Below are positions 49,966-58,704 of a stretch of DNA of 64,000 nt, piece after piece (positions within the stretch are counted from its first letter, which is position 1; the number at the start of each line of letters is the position of its first letter). A program made the position numbers and the translations under genes. Origin of the DNA: Candidatus Woesearchaeota archaeon (GTDB taxonomy: Archaea > Nanobdellota > Nanobdellia > Woesearchaeales > UBA12501); assembly GCA_046484055.1 (NCBI GenBank), contig JAWOBY010000066.1, positions 18,928 through 82,927 of the forward strand. The letters are read 5' to 3'. The notes beneath the pieces were generated by a model that saw only the letters and a program-made list of their open reading frames with translations, was not told the origin of the DNA and ran no database searches.

Positions 49966-50748
49966 ATGAAGGAAGAGAAGATATATTTTGAGAACAGGCA
50001 TGGACAGAAGCTCTGCGGGATATTGACTGTGCCTGAGGATACAGGAAGCAGGCACCATATTGTGGTGCTCGCGCATGGCTTCACGAGCAGCAAGGAAAGC
50101 TCCACATACCCATTTATGGCAAGAAAGCTCTATGAGGCAGGCATATTATCCCTGAGATTTGATTTTTACGGCCATGGGGAGAGCGAGGGAAAATTTGAGG
50201 ACATAACTCTCACAGAGGGTTCAGAGGACATACAATCTGCGATTGATTTTGCAGGGAAAAAAGAATATGTGGAGGACATCTCCCTTTTCGGCACAAGCTT
50301 CGGAGGGGTGTGCACTATACTCGCAGCCGCCAGGCATAAGGACAAAGAGATAATAAAGGCAGCGGGGCTGAAGGCCCCTGCCGCAGACATGGTGGGAAAC
50401 AGGAAGAACAAGCTGAGGGATGAGGGCTTCAGGGAATGGAAGAAGAAAGGCTTCGCTGAATTCCCCAAGGATGACGGGAGGCCAGTCAAGCTGAATTACT
50501 CATTCATTGAGGACGGGGAGATGATAGACGCGTTTGAAGAGGCAAAGAGCATCTCCTGTCCAGTACTTATAGTGCACGGCGACAGCGATGAAAGCGTCCC
50601 TGTACAACAGTCAGAAAAACTCGCGGACAACATCAAGGATGCAAAGCTTGAGATAATCAAGGGAGCTGATCATCATTTTGACAGGCCGGGTGAGAAAGAG
50701 AGAATAAACACAAGATTTGTGGAATTTTTCAGGGAGGTCTTAACATGA
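49966..50748 (+). CDS. Alpha/beta-fold hydrolase
   Basis: HGFTSS oxyanion region. Nucleophile elbow GTSFGG. HGDSDESVP region containing the acid/His. Confidence 0.6.
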   Translation: MKEEKIYFENRHGQKLCGILTVPEDTGSRHHIVVLAHGFTSSKESSTYPFMARKLYEAGILSLRFDFYGHGESEGKFEDITLTEGSEDIQSAIDFAGKKEYVEDISLFGTSFGGVCTILAAARHKDKEIIKAAGLKAPAADMVGNRKNKLRDEGFREWKKKGFAEFPKDDGRPVKLNYSFIEDGEMIDAFEEAKSISCPVLIVHGDSDESVPVQQSEKLADNIKDAKLEIIKGADHHFDRPGEKERINTRFVEFFREVLT

Positions 50749-51911
50749 GAACGATATACCTGGACAACGGAGCAACAACAATGATGGATTCGAAAGTGCT
50801 GGATGCCATGACACCCTGCATGACAGAGAAATACGGAAACGCTTCTTCATCCCACCACAAGGGGCAGGAGGCAAGGTTTGCTCTTGAGGATGCGAGGTCT
50901 GCCATCGCGAATTCGATAGGCGCAGGGCCTGAAGAGATAACCTTCACCTCAGGAGGCACAGAATCCAACAATCTGGCGCTGAAAGGCATAGCCTTCGCCA
51001 ACAGGAAAAAGGGCAAGCGCATCATAACAACAGGGATAGAGCATGATTGCGTGCTCAACGCATGCAGATGGCTGGAAAGCCAGGGATTCAAGGTCACCTA
51101 CCTCAAGGTGGACAAAGAAGGATTCGTGAGCCCTCAAGATCTTGAGAATGCCATAACAAAGGATACACTGGTGGCCTCAGTGATACACGGCAACAACGAG
51201 ATAGGCACCATACAGAATCTTGAAGAGCTGGGCAGGATATGCAGGAAACACAACATACTCTTTCATACTGACGCGTGCCAGAGCTACACAAAGACAGAAC
51301 TCAATGTGGACAAGCAGAACATTGACCTGATGACCCTCAACAGCCACAAGATCCACGGGCCGAAAGGAATAGGCGCATTATACATGCGCAAAGGAGTGAA
51401 TATAACTCCTCTGCAGCACGGCGGAGGCCACGAGCACGGGCTCAGGTCAGGCACAGAGAACGTTCCCGGCGCGGTCGGCTTTGCAAAGGCAGTAAAGCTG
51501 GCCAAAAGAAACCACATAAAACATATGGAAAGGATGAGAGACAAGCTCATAGCAGGAGCGCTTGAGATACCTGATGTCATCCTCAACGGCCCCGAAAACA
51601 AAGGGAGCGACAGGAGGCTCTGCAACAACGCAAACCTCTCCTTCAAATATGTTGAAGGCGAGGCGATAGGCGGTTATCTCGATGCCAAAGGGATATGCTC
51701 TTCAACAGGCTCAGCATGCTCAAGCAACAGCCTTGAGCCGAGCCACGTGCTGAGGGCCATAGGCCTTGAGGATGAGGATGCCCACGGCTCCCTCAGGCTC
51801 ACAGTGAGCAGGTTCACCACAGAGGATGAGATAAACTACACCCTCAAGGTACTCCCCGGCATCATCAGGAAGCTAAGGAGGATAAGCGTCCTGGGAAGAT
51901 TCAGGAGATAG
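50745..51911 (+). CDS. iscS: Cysteine desulfurase (IscS/NifS)
   Basis: N-terminus MRTIYLDNGATT. PLP lysine in SHKIHGPKGIGALY. Active-site SSTGSACSS. A 4 nt overlap with the upstream gene. Confidence 0.85.
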   Translation: MRTIYLDNGATTMMDSKVLDAMTPCMTEKYGNASSSHHKGQEARFALEDARSAIANSIGAGPEEITFTSGGTESNNLALKGIAFANRKKGKRIITTGIEHDCVLNACRWLESQGFKVTYLKVDKEGFVSPQDLENAITKDTLVASVIHGNNEIGTIQNLEELGRICRKHNILFHTDACQSYTKTELNVDKQNIDLMTLNSHKIHGPKGIGALYMRKGVNITPLQHGGGHEHGLRSGTENVPGAVGFAKAVKLAKRNHIKHMERMRDKLIAGALEIPDVILNGPENKGSDRRLCNNANLSFKYVEGEAIGGYLDAKGICSSTGSACSSNSLEPSHVLRAIGLEDEDAHGSLRLTVSRFTTEDEINYTLKVLPGIIRKLRRISVLGRFRR

Positions 51912-51987
51912 GATTTTATTGATGATAATTATTAAGGGACAATAACCACGCAATGACTACGCAATAATCAGGAGGAGATGAATCAAA

Positions 51988-52371
51988 ATGCAGCAGCAAT
52001 ACACAAAAAAGGTATTTGAGTATTTCCAGAACCCTCAACATGCCGGAGAGTTCAAGGACCCTGACGGCACAGGGGAAGTGGGGAACCCAAAATGCGGCGA
52101 CATGATGGAGATATCCATCAAGGTAAGTGATGACAGGATCGATGACATAAAGTTCAAGACCTTCGGCTGCATAGCGGCAATAAGCAGCACAGAAGCATTG
52201 TGCAGGGTTGCGAAAGGGAAAACACTGGAAGAGGCGAAGAGGATAACATCAAAGGAAATAATGGAAGAGCTGGGAGGTCTTCCTCCGGTAAAGATCCACT
52301 GCTCTGTCCTCGGCGCCGATGCGCTGAAAAAGGCGATAGAGGATTATGAAAACAGGGCAGGGAAGAAATGA
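51988..52371 (+). CDS. iscU: IscU/NifU-like Fe-S cluster scaffold
   Basis: Three conserved Cys (NPKCGD, FKTFGCIAA, HCSVLG). Confidence 0.85.
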   Translation: MQQQYTKKVFEYFQNPQHAGEFKDPDGTGEVGNPKCGDMMEISIKVSDDRIDDIKFKTFGCIAAISSTEALCRVAKGKTLEEAKRITSKEIMEELGGLPPVKIHCSVLGADALKKAIEDYENRAGKK

Positions 52372-52409
52372 TACGCACAAACCCTCTGATCTTGTGGGGG
52401 TGATTGGAG

Positions 52410-53468
52410 ATGTCCGGAAATTCGTTTGATATTGGTTCTGACACTCGTGAGGGTGGCGGCCCGGCAGAGGCGGAACTTGCCGATGCTGTCCTCGCGAGAT
52501 ACGGAGAGATAGCGCTCAAGGGAAAGAACAGGCCTTATTTTGAGGACAGGCTCGCGGACAACATAAGGGATAAGACCAGAGCCAGGGTGAGGAAGACCTC
52601 AGGCAGGTTCATAATCCATCCCCAAACAACCAACCCCCGAATAATCCGCCCCCGCACCGGCAGTAATGGCCCATACCATAAAGATTCCGGTGAATGTTCT
52701 CATAAACATGCCTCTAATGATCCGCATCAGGAGATGGAGGGAATAATCAGGAACCTAAAAAAAGTCTTCGGGATAACATCCATAAGCCCTGCAAGAGAGG
52801 TCCGCCTCGACATTGATGATATAAAAGAAGAGGCGCTGAAGCAGGCCAAAAACCTGAAGAACAGGGATTCAAAGAGTTTCAGGATCACAGTCCAGCGTAT
52901 CCAGAAAAGGCTGAAGCCGAGCCCTGAACTTGAGAGGGAGATCGGCGCGTATGTGGCAGAGAACACAGGCAAGAAAGTGAAGCTCGAGGGGCCGGATCTT
53001 GAGATATCTGTTGAGATAGGCGAGAAAGCATACGTTTTCACAGAAAGGATACAATGCCTTGGGGGCCTGCCGGTAGGGGTTGAAGGCAGTACCGCACTGA
53101 TCTGCGAGAAAGGCAGGGAGGAGGCGTGCGCGCTTGCGGGCCTGCTCATGATGAAGAGGGGATGTAATGTATACCCCTTCCTGCTGAGCGGTAAGAAAGG
53201 CAAAGGTATGCAGGAACACGAGCAGCATACCGGACTCCTCCATGATCACGGGGCGAGAAAACCTGAAACCGCAGGCGATATAAAAGAAGCAGAACACAAA
53301 GCAGCAAAAAAGAGATGCAGGGCGCTTGTGATCGCCAGCACTCTTGATGATATTTATTGCCCTGAAACAGACCTGATGATATTATGGCCCCTCATAAGAT
53401 ACACCAAAAAGGATATAAGGAGAGAGCTTGAAGGATTCAAGAATGCAGGCCAAAGCAAATATGAGTGA
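52410..53468 (+). CDS. ThiI-like THUMP-domain protein with a degenerate PP-loop (possible tRNA sulfurtransferase pseudoenzyme)
   Basis: THUMP signature LARYGEIALKGKNRPYFE. The PP-loop region aligns to ThiI (GGLPVG...LLMMKRGCNV), but the SGGxDS motif is replaced by CEKGRE. A His-rich insertion is present. Confidence 0.55.
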   Translation: MSGNSFDIGSDTREGGGPAEAELADAVLARYGEIALKGKNRPYFEDRLADNIRDKTRARVRKTSGRFIIHPQTTNPRIIRPRTGSNGPYHKDSGECSHKHASNDPHQEMEGIIRNLKKVFGITSISPAREVRLDIDDIKEEALKQAKNLKNRDSKSFRITVQRIQKRLKPSPELEREIGAYVAENTGKKVKLEGPDLEISVEIGEKAYVFTERIQCLGGLPVGVEGSTALICEKGREEACALAGLLMMKRGCNVYPFLLSGKKGKGMQEHEQHTGLLHDHGARKPETAGDIKEAEHKAAKKRCRALVIASTLDDIYCPETDLMILWPLIRYTKKDIRRELEGFKNAGQSKYE

Positions 53469-54330
53469 TAAGAAAGATTCGGATTTTCAGAAGGAATTCG
53501 AGAATAAGGTTCTTGATACAGTAGATAGATACAATCTTTTCACCAGAAAAGACAAAGTTCTGGTGGCCTGTTCCGGAGGCAAGGACAGCACAACAATATT
53601 GTACATACTCAAAAAGCATGGGTTCAATGTTTCTGCGATAACAATAGACAGCCTTATAGGCAACTACACAAAGAAGAACCTGCAGAATCTCGAAAGGTTC
53701 TGCGCGGATATCAGCGTAAGGCTCTACAAGGTTTCCTTGAGGGACAAGTTCGGCAGTTCAGTATGCTACATAAAGGCCCTCCTGAAAAGGAAAGGGATAA
53801 ACATGACCTCATGCAGTGTCTGCGGTGTTATGAGAAGATACCTCTTGAACAAGGAAGCCAGGAAACTGAAGCCTGCATGCATAGTAACCGGACACAACAT
53901 GGATGATGAGGCCCAGTCAATAATGATGAACCTGCTGAGGAACAGGCTATACACATCCGCAAGACTGGGGCCAAAGACAGGCCTGAAGGATGATTACAGG
54001 TTCATCCCCAGGGTCAAGCCCCTGTACTTCTGCTCTGAAAAGGAGATAACCACCTATTCAAAGAGCAGAAAATTCAATATCAATTATGAGCCCTGCCCGT
54101 GCAGGAGCGAATCCTTCAGGAAGAAGACCATAGACCTGATTGAAGCGCTAAAGAAGAGAAACCCTGAAATCAGCGAGAACATGATAAGAAACTTCCTCAC
54201 CGTCCTGCCGAAACTGAAGGAAAGATATCATACAGAAGATGAGATGGATTCCTGCAGGAAATGTGGAGAACCCTCACAGGGTAGCGTATGCAATGCATGC
54301 CATATAATCTCATTGGTGCAATCAGAATAA
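53443..54330 (+). CDS. TtuA/NcsA/TtcA-family tRNA thiolation PP-loop ATPase
   Basis: PP-loop VACSGGKDSTTILYIL. Central CSVCGVMRR...CPCR cluster. C-terminal zinc finger CRKCGE...CNAC. Confidence 0.75.
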   Translation: MQAKANMSDKKDSDFQKEFENKVLDTVDRYNLFTRKDKVLVACSGGKDSTTILYILKKHGFNVSAITIDSLIGNYTKKNLQNLERFCADISVRLYKVSLRDKFGSSVCYIKALLKRKGINMTSCSVCGVMRRYLLNKEARKLKPACIVTGHNMDDEAQSIMMNLLRNRLYTSARLGPKTGLKDDYRFIPRVKPLYFCSEKEITTYSKSRKFNINYEPCPCRSESFRKKTIDLIEALKKRNPEISENMIRNFLTVLPKLKERYHTEDEMDSCRKCGEPSQGSVCNACHIISLVQSE

Positions 54331-54375
54331 AGAACACAAGAAAATAAAAAAGTAAAATAATAGACTAATGGGGCT

Positions 54376-55443
54376 TCATGCCTTGATGTCCTTCAACCCC
54401 CCTGTCTCAACAAAAAATGATGCCTCGCCGTCCGGAAGGCTCGGACTGTCTATGAGCTTCGCGACCCTGCTTCCCTTCTTGCCTTTCCTCAGGTAGATCC
54501 GGAATGTTGAGGCGTGAGCCACTATATGCCCCCCTATGGCCTGTGTCGGATCCCCAAAGAATATGTCCGGCTTGGACATGACCTGATTGGTGACATAGAC
54601 ACATATGTTGTGGTTGTCCGCCAGCTTCAGGAGAGTGTGCATGTGCTTGTTGAGCTTCTGCTGTCTCTCAGACAATGTCCCTCTCCCAATGAACTCTGCC
54701 CTGAAATGCGCGGTGAGGGAATCCACAACAACAACCCTTGCCTTGATATTCTCGTTCTTCACCATCTCCTCTATCTTCTCAGCAAGCAGCATCTGGTGGT
54801 CTGAGTTATAGGCCCTTGCGACCCTTATATTGGCCAGTGTCTTCTCAGGATCCAGGCCTTCCTTGTCTGCGAGCTCCTTTATCCTCTCCGGCCTGAACGT
54901 ATTCTCTGTGTCAATATAGAATGCTACAGCACCCTCCTCTTGTATCTGGGCATTTACAGCGAGTATGTGGGCGAGCTGTGTCTTTCCTGATCCGAACTCG
55001 CCGAAGCACTCTGTTATTGAACTCGTTTCAAAACCTCCACCCACAAGCTCATTGAATGCCTCGCTCCCTGTCTTTATCTTGATGACCTTCTCCCTTCTCC
55101 TGAGCAGGTTGTCTCCTGATTCAAAGCCCATATTCAGGTTGTCCCTTGCCGCCTTTATCATCTTTCTTGCGACAGCCTCGCTTATGCCTGTCACTTCTAT
55201 TATCTCTCCGGGAGATGAGACCGCAAGCCCCATCAAATCCGTGTATCCTGCATCCTTGAGCTTCTGCGCTGTGGCCGCGCCCACTCCCGGCAGGTCTTCA
55301 AGCCCTGCTTTCTTCATGACATCTTCATCAACCTGGATATCTATCTTCTCCTTCTCCGCTCCCTCTTCGTTGGAATTCTCCATTTTATCGTCCATTGTCT
55401 TGTCCTCATCCATCCCCTTGTCCGTTTTTGCCTTGTTCATCAT
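54376..55443 (-). CDS. radA: DNA repair and recombination protein RadA
   Basis: HhH N-domain (LEDLPGVGAATAQKL). Walker A EFGSGKTQL. Walker B VVVDSL. ATG at 55443 preceded by GGTGA. Confidence 0.9.
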   Translation of the reverse strand: MMNKAKTDKGMDEDKTMDDKMENSNEEGAEKEKIDIQVDEDVMKKAGLEDLPGVGAATAQKLKDAGYTDLMGLAVSSPGEIIEVTGISEAVARKMIKAARDNLNMGFESGDNLLRRREKVIKIKTGSEAFNELVGGGFETSSITECFGEFGSGKTQLAHILAVNAQIQEEGAVAFYIDTENTFRPERIKELADKEGLDPEKTLANIRVARAYNSDHQMLLAEKIEEMVKNENIKARVVVVDSLTAHFRAEFIGRGTLSERQQKLNKHMHTLLKLADNHNICVYVTNQVMSKPDIFFGDPTQAIGGHIVAHASTFRIYLRKGKKGSRVAKLIDSPSLPDGEASFFVETGGLKDIKA

Positions 55444-55489
55444 AACATCACCTTTTTTTATTAATCTTTTGATTGGATAGAGAGGGGGC

Positions 55490-55801
55490 TTAAGCCGCCT
55501 CCCCAGCATCGCCCTCTTTCAGGACGAGGTATTCATAGGCTTTCTTGAGCACAACTTCGGCCCTTGGCAGGTCATTCAGCCTCATTGAGCTCGTGTTCTG
55601 CCATGCGTCGTTCTTGTCCTTATAGCTCCTGCTTATGGAGATTGTCCTGAACTCCACAGCCTGCCCGTCCCTGTTTCCTGTGTTCTTCCACACAGTCGCT
55701 GCCACAGGGCCCGCCCTGAACTTTTTCTCAGGCAGATTCTTTTGCGCCTCTGCACTTGCGGCGCTTGTTTGGTTTGTTGTTTGGGTTGTCATTACAACCA
55801 C
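55490..55801 (-). CDS. PC4/YdbC-like ssDNA-binding protein (putative)
   Basis: 103 aa. FRAGPVAATVWKN...EFRTISISRSYKDKNDAWQNTSSMRLNDLPRAEVVLKKAYEYL resembles the PC4 C-terminal-domain pattern. Confidence 0.4.
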   Translation of the reverse strand: MVVMTTQTTNQTSAASAEAQKNLPEKKFRAGPVAATVWKNTGNRDGQAVEFRTISISRSYKDKNDAWQNTSSMRLNDLPRAEVVLKKAYEYLVLKEGDAGEAA

Positions 55802-55934
55802 CTCCTTGCTTTCGCTTTTTATTTCAAGCCCCCTTGATCATGAGCTGCACGCACCGGAAAGGTTCCGGCGCAAGGCTCCAGGGACCGGAGTGAATATTAA
55901 GTGATGCGGGCCATTTAAATACCTCATCCCGGCA

Positions 55935-56023
55935 TGTCCAGTGTCCAGTGGGGGAGCAGTAATCCTTCAGGATGTCTTAAGGGTGTTTAAAGCATCTGGC
56001 GGAAGAATTGCAGGTGTCCAGTG
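55935..56023. promoter_or_regulatory. Triple GTCCAGTG repeat upstream of the PC4-like / radA genes
   Basis: tGTCCAGTGTCCAGTGgggg at 55935-55954 and GTCCAGTG at 56016-56023. Shares the TCCAGTGG core with the ORB-like element at 30553. Confidence 0.35.
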
Positions 56024-56119
56024 CTTATTAATACCTGATATGTGTCCGCAACATACCTCATGATTGTCATTCAGTATATGATGGCAGGGAAGAAGTATCA
56101 AATGTGTTTCAGATTTTCT

Positions 56120-56590
56120 TCATAAGGGTTGCATGCTTATGAGAATCCATAAGCTAATCACTGTGGCCGCAAAGAACAAGACATATTCAGCCAGGCCGCC
56201 CGTCCTGATCAGGCCGTTTAGCCTCATCCTGGACAGGGGATGGAAAGGCATAATCCCTTCCCTTGTCGTGCAGTCTGCTATTATGTGGGCCAGGTATCCG
56301 AGGGGTAAGGCAGCGATATACAGGCCATACCTCATGTCTGTCATGTAATGGGTTATCAGGAGGAAAAGCATCAGGACAGCGAATATGCTGTGGAAGAATC
56401 CCCTGTGCTCGAAGAGCATCGCCCCTACCTTAACTTTCCTCCCCACTTTTGATTCGGGATGGTCAATGTCAGGGAGCGCCGATCCTATGAGGACAAGGGC
56501 CATGAAAAGAAGCTGGTTCCCGGGCTCCCATGCCTGTATGAGGAGCAGGCCTGCCAGAAATCCTATCACGAGGTGGGTTCTGAACATCAT
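56120..56590 (-). CDS. Membrane-bound metal-dependent hydrolase (YdjM/DUF457-like)
   Basis: Four TM helices with ALPDIDHPESK and FFHS histidine motifs. Confidence 0.55.
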   Translation of the reverse strand: MMFRTHLVIGFLAGLLLIQAWEPGNQLLFMALVLIGSALPDIDHPESKVGRKVKVGAMLFEHRGFFHSIFAVLMLFLLITHYMTDMRYGLYIAALPLGYLAHIIADCTTREGIMPFHPLSRMRLNGLIRTGGLAEYVLFFAATVISLWILISMQPL

Positions 56591-56688
56591 CTTTATCGAA
56601 CTCTTTTTATTATCAAAGCGGGAGGTATAAAACCAAAACCCTGATGTAAAAAAATAACTTTAAATACTTTTCCCGCTTCCGGCCCTGC

Positions 56689-57321
56689 ATGAAGAGAGAT
56701 ACAGAGGACAAGACAGAGGCAGAGGACAAGATAATAAGGGCATTGTGCCTTGCAGGCCTTGCCTTCTTTTTCGTATGGGGCGTTATAACCATCGCTGTGA
56801 GGGACAACGAGCTGATATTCGACAGGTTCTACTCAGCGGCCATAATGCTGGCCGCCTACCTCTTCTACAGAAGGATGCACCTCAGGCTTCCTGCTCTGCT
56901 TCTGGCATTTGCAGTGCTTTTCCTGCATCACCTGAAGCTTTACGGCCAGACATATTACGGCTTTCTGCAGTTCGACATGATAATGCACTTTGCCGCGGGT
57001 GCCGCGCTTGCGGTGATATTCTATCAGTATCTTTCCTATGACCACTCAAGGCTATGGTCTGCTGTCATGGCTTTGCTGGTCGCTGTAGGCATCGGTTCTT
57101 TGAGTGAGATCATGGAGTATGTGGGTTACTACCTTCTCGGTCCGGGCGAGGGCCTGCTCTTCTATGGTGAGGGGGATTTCGGGGAGTATGCTGACGTCGC
57201 ATGGGACATGATGATGAACACTGCAGGCGCTTTTGCCGCTGCGGCCTGCTCTGCACTGAGCGGGGTGTTCATCTTAAGGGGGAAGAAACGGCAGCGCAAG
57301 GGCAAGAATAAGAAGGGCTGA
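56689..57321 (+). CDS. Integral membrane protein, hypothetical
   Basis: 210 aa with ~6 TM helices. No motif recognised. Confidence 0.45.
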   Translation: MKRDTEDKTEAEDKIIRALCLAGLAFFFVWGVITIAVRDNELIFDRFYSAAIMLAAYLFYRRMHLRLPALLLAFAVLFLHHLKLYGQTYYGFLQFDMIMHFAAGAALAVIFYQYLSYDHSRLWSAVMALLVAVGIGSLSEIMEYVGYYLLGPGEGLLFYGEGDFGEYADVAWDMMMNTAGAFAAAACSALSGVFILRGKKRQRKGKNKKG

Positions 57322-57391
57322 TCACAAAAACAGAATAGGTTGTGCTTTTTCCTTGCGGGGTTCCTGTTGTGAATGCGCTATAATAGGATCA

Positions 57392-58561
57392 TTACTCTAT
57401 GTTCCAGGAGGCATCCTTGTCTTTATCCGGAGATTCACCGCCTTCGCCATTCCCTGTGTCTTCTGTTGTGCCCTGCTCCGTGCCGGCAGAGGCTCCCTGC
57501 GATCCTGAGGAGTCCTCAGAAGGTTCCGGACCGCCGCCTGCCCCCTGGGCCTCATCAGTGCTGTCCTTATCCTCTTTCTTGGATTCTTCAATCCTCTTCT
57601 TCTCCTCTTCAGGATCAGGATTCGGGAAGACACGCTGCGCTATGAACTCAAGCCTGTCCATCATGGTGTTCTTGTTTATCCTACCGACTATCTTTATCTG
57701 CTTCCCCAGAAGATTATGCTTGACCTCGTCAAACTTGTCAGGCAATTCCCTGTACTTCTCTATGTCCTCATGGCTCTTTTCAAGAAGGTTCTGCACTTGG
57801 TTCCTGAAGAAAACAGTGCGTATGTTGCTGGAACCGTCATCAAGCACCAGCCCCAGGACGTATGAGTATGTAGGGGTCACTTCATTATGGACATCACAGA
57901 CAAAGCCGTTATCACCCTGTTTGAGCCTCTTGCTGCATTGAGGGCAGACCTCAAAGAACCTCAGGTCATACACCTGCACTATGGTCCCCATCAGCTCCGC
58001 ATCAGAATCCCCCTCCTTGAGCTCTGATATGCTTTTCCTGTTGGTTTCAGGGGCCTTCACCTCGCCCACGCTCTCGCCTTCAGGGTTTATCTCAAGGCTT
58101 CCCCTTTCATTCACATGCACTTCCTTCCTGTTATTGTTATCCTTGACATATCCTGACTCCAGTTTTATGACATTGTCTTTTGTTATCTCGTTGAGCTTGT
58201 CCGCCTGATCACCCCATAGAACAACCCTCACAGTGCCTGTCTCATCGCCTATTATGAACGAGCCGACCTTGCCTGACCTGTCTCCTTTCTGGAACTCCCT
58301 GACCTCATAAACCTGGACGACCTTCCCCACAAGCTCAACATTTCTCATGCCCGGCAGGAGGTTCTTTATGCTGAGCTTTCCGGAGCTCTGCTCCATCACC
58401 TGTATGCCCATCTCATTAGCGATTATGTGCGCTGCGCCCTCTTTCGATATAAGGCCTGAGAGCTGGTCCATCTTGCTCTTTACCTTCGAGTCTATCTCTT
58501 CCTGAGAAATGCCCTTCTCTTTTATCTTCTCCACAATCTGCTCGTAAGGAATATTTACCAT
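57392..58561 (-). CDS. rpa: Replication protein A (single-stranded DNA-binding, two OB folds plus C4 zinc finger)
   Basis: N-terminus MVNIPYEQIVEKIKEKGISQEEIDSKV...GAAHIIANEMGI. Zinc finger CPQCSKRL...CDVHNEV. Acidic G/E-rich tail. Confidence 0.8.
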   Translation of the reverse strand: MVNIPYEQIVEKIKEKGISQEEIDSKVKSKMDQLSGLISKEGAAHIIANEMGIQVMEQSSGKLSIKNLLPGMRNVELVGKVVQVYEVREFQKGDRSGKVGSFIIGDETGTVRVVLWGDQADKLNEITKDNVIKLESGYVKDNNNRKEVHVNERGSLEINPEGESVGEVKAPETNRKSISELKEGDSDAELMGTIVQVYDLRFFEVCPQCSKRLKQGDNGFVCDVHNEVTPTYSYVLGLVLDDGSSNIRTVFFRNQVQNLLEKSHEDIEKYRELPDKFDEVKHNLLGKQIKIVGRINKNTMMDRLEFIAQRVFPNPDPEEEKKRIEESKKEDKDSTDEAQGAGGGPEPSEDSSGSQGASAGTEQGTTEDTGNGEGGESPDKDKDASWNIE

Positions 58562-58704
58562 GTGATTGACACCCCCTACAATGCCTTTTCGGGCCTTATT
58601 TATATATTTTACGCTGGTTTTGTGATTTTGGGCAGGCGACCACCATATACACGCTTGATTATATGCGCTTGTTTATCTGAGGGCTGCCTTCCCGCATCTC
58701 CCAA

